A stretch of 64,000 nt of DNA, taken from Nitrosopumilaceae archaeon. Its GTDB lineage: Archaea; Thermoproteota; Nitrososphaeria; Nitrososphaerales; Nitrosopumilaceae. The notes beneath the pieces were generated by a model. The model had not been told where the DNA came from and did not search any database. It was given only the letters and a program-made list of their open reading frames with translations. A program made the translations under genes and the position numbers. Below are positions 56,675-64,000 of this stretch, piece by piece. Where the stretch lies: the NCBI GenBank assembly GCA_965207375.1, contig OZ242274.1, forward strand, positions 1,600,001-1,664,000, in the 5' to 3' direction. Within the stretch, counting starts at the first letter, position 1, and each line of letters begins with the position of its first letter.

Positions 56675-58061
56675 ATGGCAGCTGGAATTGATGATATTGC
56701 ACTGTATGTTCCAAAATTATACCTAGATGCGACTGATTTTGCCCAGGGCAGAGGTCTTGACCCATCCAAACTCCAAAAAGGATTAGGAGTATCACAGATG
56801 GCAATAGTTGATACAAACCAGGATCCTGCATGTTTGGCAGCAAATGCATGCCTAAAAGTAATGCAAAACAACAAACTATCTCCAGAAGATATAGGAAGAC
56901 TGTACGTCTCAACAGAGTCCGCCTTTGATGAATCAAAGGCAATGAACTCGTTTGTGATTGGCATGCTAGAGCAAATTTACGGGCAGGGCACATTTGAGCA
57001 CTGTGGAGGAGTTGAAACAAAGTTTGCCTGCGTTAGCGGCTCTTATGCATTATACGATAATACAAACTGGATTAGGGCAGGAGAGGCAGAGGGAAAGGCA
57101 GCCCTTGTAGTGGTCTCAGATATTGCAAAATACGACATGGGCTCAAGTGGCGAGATGACTCAGGGCGCAGGCGCAATTGCAATGCTGCTAAATGATGAAC
57201 CAAGACTCTTGGAATTTGATCCAAGGGTTACTGCCACATCTATCAAAGATGAATATGATTTTTACAGACCCTTTGGAAAGGAGACACCTATTGTACATGG
57301 TCAATATTCCAATCTATTGTATTTGATTCAGGTTAGAAAAGCACTAGATGCATACAAGAAAAAGGCACTAGACAGCAAACTAATCGAATTAAAACCAGGA
57401 GAGACAATACTGGATCATATAGATTACATCAACATGCACCTACCTTATAGCAACATGGGCAAAAAAGCATTGGCATATCTAGTAAGACATGAATGGAGAA
57501 GGCTGCCGCGATGGAGTGCCCTTGTTGAAAAGATTGGCGTAAAAGAGCCTGTTCCAAAGGATCCACGAGGGACAGTTGAATCGGTTCTACAAGATACAGA
57601 ATTTATGGCAAAGGATCATGAATTTACAAAGCGATTCACACAGACAGAAGAGTATCAACAAATTTACGAGTCAAAGCTTGCAAGCTCACTTGTTGCATCT
57701 AAAATGATTGGCAATCTGTACACTGCATCACTGTATCTTGGGTTCAGAAGTAGCCTAGAGTTTGAATACCAAAAGGGAATAGATTTGACTGGAAAAAGAA
57801 TCGGATTTGGCTCGTACGGCAGCGGCAGCAGTGCAATGGCCTTTAGTGGAGTCATTCAGCCAAGATATGAAGATGTTGTAAAGAACATGAATCTAGAGAC
57901 CGAAATCGGCCCGAGAAAAAAATTAAGTCTAGAGCAGTACGAAGATATTCATGAAAACAAGCTTACGCCAGAACAGTCACTGTTAGACTCTAGCCACGAA
58001 TTTGTCTTAATTGATGTAAAGACTGCTCCAGATTCTCGAGGGGAGCGCAGATACAGATTCA

Positions 58062-58069
<8 letters not shown>
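56675..58069 (+). CDS. mvaS: hydroxymethylglutaryl-CoA synthase
   Basis: STESAFDESK, KFACVSG (catalytic Cys), SDIAKY, EMTQGAGA, HLPY, GNLYTASLY, SYGSG. Confidence 0.95.
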
Positions 58070-59296
<1,227 letters not shown>

Positions 59297-59367
59297 CTAC
59301 TGCTTTGTGGAATTATTCATTAATCTTTTCCGCTTGGTTATTAAGAAAAGAAATCATAAAGACTGCA

Positions 59368-60684
59368 ATGACAAAAAGTGCCGTCTGGCATCCAAATACA
59401 CAGATGAGAGAATGGTCAAGCTTTGATAAAATCACACATGCAAAAGGAATGTGGCTGATTGATTCAAAGGGCCATAAAATGCTAGACGGTGTTGCATCTA
59501 TGTGGTGTAATGTGTGGGGTCATTCAAACCAAGACATGATAAGGGCAATTAATCAGCAGACGGCAAAATTGCAGCATTGTTCAATGTTTAATCTGACAAA
59601 TGAGCCTGCAGAAATTCTTGCAAAAAAGCTAGTTGCGCTTTGCCCCTCAATGTATCGTGTGTTTTTTTCAGATAATGGGTCTTCTGCAATGGAGATTGCA
59701 GTAAAAATTGCATTTCAATACTGGAAAAATATAAGAGATTCAAAAAAGACAAAGATTGCATCTCTTAAAAACGGATACCACGGAGATACATTTGGTTCAA
59801 TGTCGGTAGGATACGTGCCTGAATTTTTTAAAAAATTCAAGGCGCAGCTGTTTGACACAATACAATTTCCCACCCCAAACAGATACAGGCTTTCAAGAGG
59901 CACAACCTTGCAGGACTGTGAGAATACATGTCTAGAAAAAATCGAAAAAACATTTTCAAAAGATGACAAAATTGCAGCATTTGTCATGGAAAGTGGCGCG
60001 CAGCTTGCAGGCGGCGTAATTATCTTTCCAAAGGGATTCCAGTCAAAAATTCAAAAACTGTGTAAAAAATACGGCGTACTATTTGTTTTAGACGAGGTTG
60101 CCACAGGATTTGGGAGGCTTGGATCAATGATACAATACACTGAACAAAAAAGCAATCCCGACATTGTCGCATATGGAAAAATGCTTACAGGAGGATATGT
60201 CACAATGGCAGCTACTCTTGCAACAAAAAAGGTTTATGACTCGTTTTTAGGAGAGTTTGATGACAGGGTGCACCTGTTTCACGGACATACATATACTGGA
60301 AATCCAATTGCAGCAGCAGCAGCCGTGCAAAACCTGAAACTGTACGAAAAACACAAATTGATTCAAAAAATAGCAAAGACATCTAGGGTTTTTACAAAAT
60401 ATATCAATGAAATATCAGAATTAGACTCTGTAGGAGATATCAGGTACAAAGGAATGCTTGCAGGAATTGAGCTAGTATCTGACAAGTCTAAAAAAACCCC
60501 GGTAAAATATTCAAAATCAATAAACAAGATATTTTTTGAAAAGGCAAGGCAAAACGGTGTATATCTTAGAACACTTGGAAATATTATAATGATTGTGCCT
60601 CCATTGGCAATATCAGAAAAAGAACTATCAATACTAGTACAGAGAACCATAAAGACTATCTGCGACGTGCAAAAGATGAGCTAA
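59368..60684 (+). CDS. bioA: adenosylmethionine-8-amino-7-oxononanoate aminotransferase
   Basis: WHPNTQM, SMWCNVWGH, YHGDT, DEVATGFGR, GKMLTGG, HGHTYTGNP; start moved to ATG 59368. Confidence 0.95.
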   Translation: MTKSAVWHPNTQMREWSSFDKITHAKGMWLIDSKGHKMLDGVASMWCNVWGHSNQDMIRAINQQTAKLQHCSMFNLTNEPAEILAKKLVALCPSMYRVFFSDNGSSAMEIAVKIAFQYWKNIRDSKKTKIASLKNGYHGDTFGSMSVGYVPEFFKKFKAQLFDTIQFPTPNRYRLSRGTTLQDCENTCLEKIEKTFSKDDKIAAFVMESGAQLAGGVIIFPKGFQSKIQKLCKKYGVLFVLDEVATGFGRLGSMIQYTEQKSNPDIVAYGKMLTGGYVTMAATLATKKVYDSFLGEFDDRVHLFHGHTYTGNPIAAAAAVQNLKLYEKHKLIQKIAKTSRVFTKYINEISELDSVGDIRYKGMLAGIELVSDKSKKTPVKYSKSINKIFFEKARQNGVYLRTLGNIIMIVPPLAISEKELSILVQRTIKTICDVQKMS

Positions 60685-60743
60685 CCCCATATCATACAAT
60701 AGGTTAACAATTAATTACAACTATATCATCAAAAAACACAAGA

Positions 60744-61721
60744 ATGAATGAGCAAGAGTTTATTGTACAGTGTAAAGAAAACGTCCTGTCAGGTGTAGGT
60801 GTTTCATCTGAAGATCTTAAAAGACTAGTCAACGTATCAGATGATAATCTAAAATTACTGGCAGAATCTGCAAATGAAATTACCAAAGAATTTAACGGTC
60901 CAAAGGTAGACATAGAACAGCTGCATAATATAAAAAAAAATGCATGCAGTGAAGACTGTACGTTTTGTGGACAGTCTGCATTTTTTGACACACCGGTAGA
61001 TACGTATCAGCTGCCCCCTACAGAACAAATCATAACTGCAGCAAAGACTGCAAAACAGCAGGGAGCAGAGTCATACTGTTTAGTAGCTGCATGGAGACAG
61101 CCATCTCCAAAAGATTTTGATACAGTTTGTAGCATACTAGAGAAGATAAACTCTCAGGTCGGCATATCCATAGAATGTAGCCTTGGGTTTTTGACTGACA
61201 TACAGGCATCACGTCTGAAAACACTTGGGGTCAAAAGATACAATCACAATCTAGAAACATCAAAGTCAAAATTTCCAGATATCTGCACTACTCATACTTA
61301 TCAAGATAGGCTAGATACACTAATGATTGCAAGAAATGCAGGACTTGAGCTTTGTACGGGAGGAATAATTGGAATGGGAGAAACACGCAACCAAAGATTA
61401 GAATTGGCACAAGAGCTTGCAACACTAAGACCTGAAGAGGTTACAATCAACATCCTAGTACCTGTACCCGGAACACCATTGGAATTACAAACCCGACTGC
61501 CAAATCAAGAGATAGTTAGAATGTTTGCCATAGTCAGATTTGCGTTGCCTGAATCAATAATTAAAATCTCAGGGGGCCGCGAAACCAATACTGAGGATTC
61601 TGGAATGGAGTTGCTGCAAAGCGGTGCAAACGGCATAATTACTGCAGGATACCTTACAATGAGTGGAAATGACGCACAAAAGGACAAAAAACTGATTCAG
61701 AGTATTGGACTAGAAATCTAA
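60744..61721 (+). CDS. bioB: biotin synthase
   Basis: CSEDCTFCGQS radical-SAM motif, YNHNLET, CTGGIIGMGE, GGRE. Confidence 0.96.
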   Translation: MNEQEFIVQCKENVLSGVGVSSEDLKRLVNVSDDNLKLLAESANEITKEFNGPKVDIEQLHNIKKNACSEDCTFCGQSAFFDTPVDTYQLPPTEQIITAAKTAKQQGAESYCLVAAWRQPSPKDFDTVCSILEKINSQVGISIECSLGFLTDIQASRLKTLGVKRYNHNLETSKSKFPDICTTHTYQDRLDTLMIARNAGLELCTGGIIGMGETRNQRLELAQELATLRPEEVTINILVPVPGTPLELQTRLPNQEIVRMFAIVRFALPESIIKISGGRETNTEDSGMELLQSGANGIITAGYLTMSGNDAQKDKKLIQSIGLEI

Positions 61722-61815
61722 CATTTTTGTACAAAATATCACGCATGATACACTAGTATCCTTTTGTCTGCTTAATCTTGCTGTCATACTGTAACTATTA
61801 GAATCTGCTCAAATG

Positions 61816-61897
61816 GTACATGTTCATGTAGTGTAATGGATTTGTATCTAAAATGATGACCTGATGATTGAAAAATTAAGCATGTGTTAACAAGTAC
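61816..61897 (-). mobile_element. MITE family B with 8-bp TSD CTCAAATG
   Basis: GTACATGTTCA...AACAAGTAC; CTCAAATG at 61808-61815 and 61898-61905. Confidence 0.88.
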
Positions 61898-62030
61898 CTC
61901 AAATGTAAAAGGCTAGGTCTGGCGTGACGAATTTACGTGAATTGATCCTAGAATTAGATATGCAGTGAATCTAATCTCTTGCAAAGACACGTGTTCAAAC
62001 TAGATATAATAAAATATTGTACTTTAAGTA

Positions 62031-62505
62031 ATGTCAAAAAACAGAGATGACGAAATAATTAACTTGGGACTTGTCCTGAGAAACTTGGATAATTTTGACA
62101 TGTCTACATTTGATGGTAGATTGACATTACAAAAAACGGTTTACCTAATGCAGGCCTTGAATTTATCTTGGGCATAATTTCTCATGGTATATACGAGGAC
62201 CATATTCTTCACATTTGGCAAGTGTGGGTTTTGCATTGCAGGAAATTTATCATAAAATACCAATTGCAGGACATTTTGATAAGAAAACTCAGCAAAAATT
62301 TAATGGTTTTATTGAATTTATGGAAGATAAAAAAATGGATCCGGACAGACTTGAAATACTTGCATCCATCCATTTTCTTAGAAAGATATATCCAAAGATG
62401 ACAAAGGGTCAAATAATAGAAAAAGTAAAGAGTAAACAAAAGTATTTTACAAAAAAACAATGCGAACAAGCATGGCAGGAGCTCAAAGGGAGGTCTATGA
62501 TTTAA
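62031..62505 (+). pseudogene. YwgA/Panacea(SocA)-like antitoxin-type protein, frameshifted near 62160
   Basis: RLTLQKTVYLMQA continues in another frame as YLGHNFSWYIRGPYS...LEILASIHFL. Confidence 0.7.
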
Positions 62506-62506
62506 C

Positions 62507-62827
62507 ATGTCATTAAAAAGCAAAGAAACAGTTTTTCCTCAGAAAAAAATAACAAAAAACTTTCCTGAAGACTTTTCTGCAATATGTAAAAATTTAGATT
62601 TACTAGATGCAGGATTGTTTTTCATGTTGGCTGATGCCACATGCTCTGCCAAACCTACTGCAAATATTGAAAAGATTCACGTAGATGTGTTCAAAAAAGA
62701 GAAAATAGTTATTCCTAAAATTTCTGCAGGTAAAAAAGAGACACTAGAAATTCTAAACGATGTCAAATTAATCAGAGAGTTGACATTAAGCCGCAAAGAA
62801 ATTCAAAAGGGCAATACAATACCATAG
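62507..62827 (+). CDS. putative type II antitoxin (Phd/YefM-like C-terminus), possibly with a premature stop
   Basis: ETLEILNDVKLIRELTLSRKEIQKGNTIP*KKV; TAG where Trp would be expected. Confidence 0.55.
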   Translation: MSLKSKETVFPQKKITKNFPEDFSAICKNLDLLDAGLFFMLADATCSAKPTANIEKIHVDVFKKEKIVIPKISAGKKETLEILNDVKLIRELTLSRKEIQKGNTIP

Positions 62828-62847
62828 AAGAAGGTTCGGATTCCCGT

Positions 62848-62968
62848 ATAAACACAATAATACTATCATCGTGCTGCGAAAAATCCTATAAAAAAACTAG
62901 CAAAAAAGGCAGATCCCAAGCTCCTCAAAGCAATTAACATGTACATTGATCAGTTGGTACAATATTAG
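62848..62968 (+). pseudogene. RelE-like toxin N-terminal remnant
   Basis: IILSSCCEKSYKK / LAKKADPKLLKAINMYIDQL with a frameshift in an A7 run; no start codon; ends just before MITE C. Confidence 0.45.
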
Positions 62969-62976
62969 GCCCTCCA

Positions 62977-63067
62977 GTACAAACTCAGGTCGTAAATTTT
63001 TCAGGCATAAATTTTTCATGTATGTTCAAAAAGTAGGCATAGAATCAAAGGCGACCTGAGTATGTGC
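62977..63067 (+). mobile_element. MITE family C copy 2
   Basis: GTACAAACTCAGGTCG...CGACCTGAGTATGTGC; highly similar to 55176-55264; no TSD visible. Confidence 0.8.
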
Positions 63068-63201
63068 CTATAACTGTTAGTTTCATGACCTCACCAAAAT
63101 TTGTAATTTCCTCTTTATAGGTTATATAAGAATATATTTTGATTTACGGCATGCTTGCCAAAATAATAATACTTATATTCATTTTTTCCAACAGATCGTC
63201 C

Positions 63202-64000
63202 ATGAAGACATTACACTTTACAGTTACCCCCCCCCCCGTTAACTATATCATATTCTTGGCAGTTGTTGCAAGTGCATCTTTACTATTATTAGGTAACATA
63301 CAAGCAGCAGAAGCTGCACCTCATGGACTAGAATTTATGGCACCCCACACACCTGATGCTAACAACAACATTGACATATATCTTACAGAAGGTGAGCAGG
63401 GAGTCCGCATTTACTTTAATTTGGATAGGGCCCCAGACAAGCAAGACGGTGTTGGCCTATACACGCCTCGTATTACTTTTCCCCATATAGACAATGGTGA
63501 TCTAAACAGAATATCCTGTTTTGAAGGAGTAGGTGAAGGAACGGCAATTCCACCTGGTGTTCCACATGCAACCTACCAAAGATGGAGCACAGTTAATGAA
63601 AACGATCATGATTCTGCATGTGAGGGAACCAACAAATACCATTTTGAATTTAATAATAACAATTGGGACACACCACAATACATATACCTAAAAGCTGGTC
63701 ATGATAATGACGCTGATGATCATACGTTAACAGTGACTTTTGAGTCCCAGCACCCCTATAACGATCCTGGTACCAAAGCAAAAACAATAACACTCAGCAA
63801 TGGAATAAAGTATGAAATTCCAGCAAGAGATGGCTGCAGGAACTGCCATTACCACTGGTTAACCAATGACTATACAATTACAGTCCACATAACAGATGAT
63901 GATGCAGCAGATTATGTACCGCCAACGCATTCAGCACATTTTCGATTTTTAGATAGTTATGTTCCCGCACCAGAGGGGGAAAGAAATGGAAGGAACATAA
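63202..64000 (+). CDS. 5' part of a secreted adhesin-like protein (Calx-beta-like motifs), runs off the window; C11 tract at codons 9-12
   Basis: MKTLHFTVTPPPVNYIIFLAVVASASLLLLGNIQAAEA signal peptide; FNNNNWDTPQYIYLKAGHDNDADD and VHITDDD motifs; no stop before the window end. Confidence 0.85.
   Translation, partial: MKTLHFTVTPPPVNYIIFLAVVASASLLLLGNIQAAEAAPHGLEFMAPHTPDANNNIDIYLTEGEQGVRIYFNLDRAPDKQDGVGLYTPRITFPHIDNGDLNRISCFEGVGEGTAIPPGVPHATYQRWSTVNENDHDSACEGTNKYHFEFNNNNWDTPQYIYLKAGHDNDADDHTLTVTFESQHPYNDPGTKAKTITLSNGIKYEIPARDGCRNCHYHWLTNDYTITVHITDDDAADYVPPTHSAHFRFLDSYVPAPEGERNGRNI

Overview
AT-rich archaeal chromosomal segment. Type IB topoisomerase, a tRNA with a BHB intron, type II GAPDH and the small conserved proteins point to an ammonia-oxidising Nitrososphaerota (Nitrosopumilaceae-like). 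The many IS relics, decayed toxin-antitoxin loci and large Ig-repeat surface proteins suggest a host-associated lineage such as a sponge symbiont (inference). Housekeeping genes (helicase, ilvA, purE/purK, thrC, gap, HMG-CoA synthase, bioD/bioA/bioB) are interspersed with IS481, IS5, ISH3, IS66 and IS3 elements and at least four short MITE-like families. Most interesting: (1) a minus-strand locus at 37.5-48.5 kb encoding a ureohydrolase, an orphan urease-gamma-like protein, a His-rich Ni transporter, a Na+/solute symporter and a group II chaperonin that has lost both catalytic aspartates and carries a His-rich tail, with a shared 17-bp upstream motif; (2) a DUF3800-like gene faced by a convergent structured small RNA with its own TATA box and U-tract; (3) a C11 tract just after the start codon of an adhesin-like gene (possible phase variation); (4) a three-level nest of IS elements with readable target duplications. 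All assignments come from reading motifs by eye; no database searches were run.
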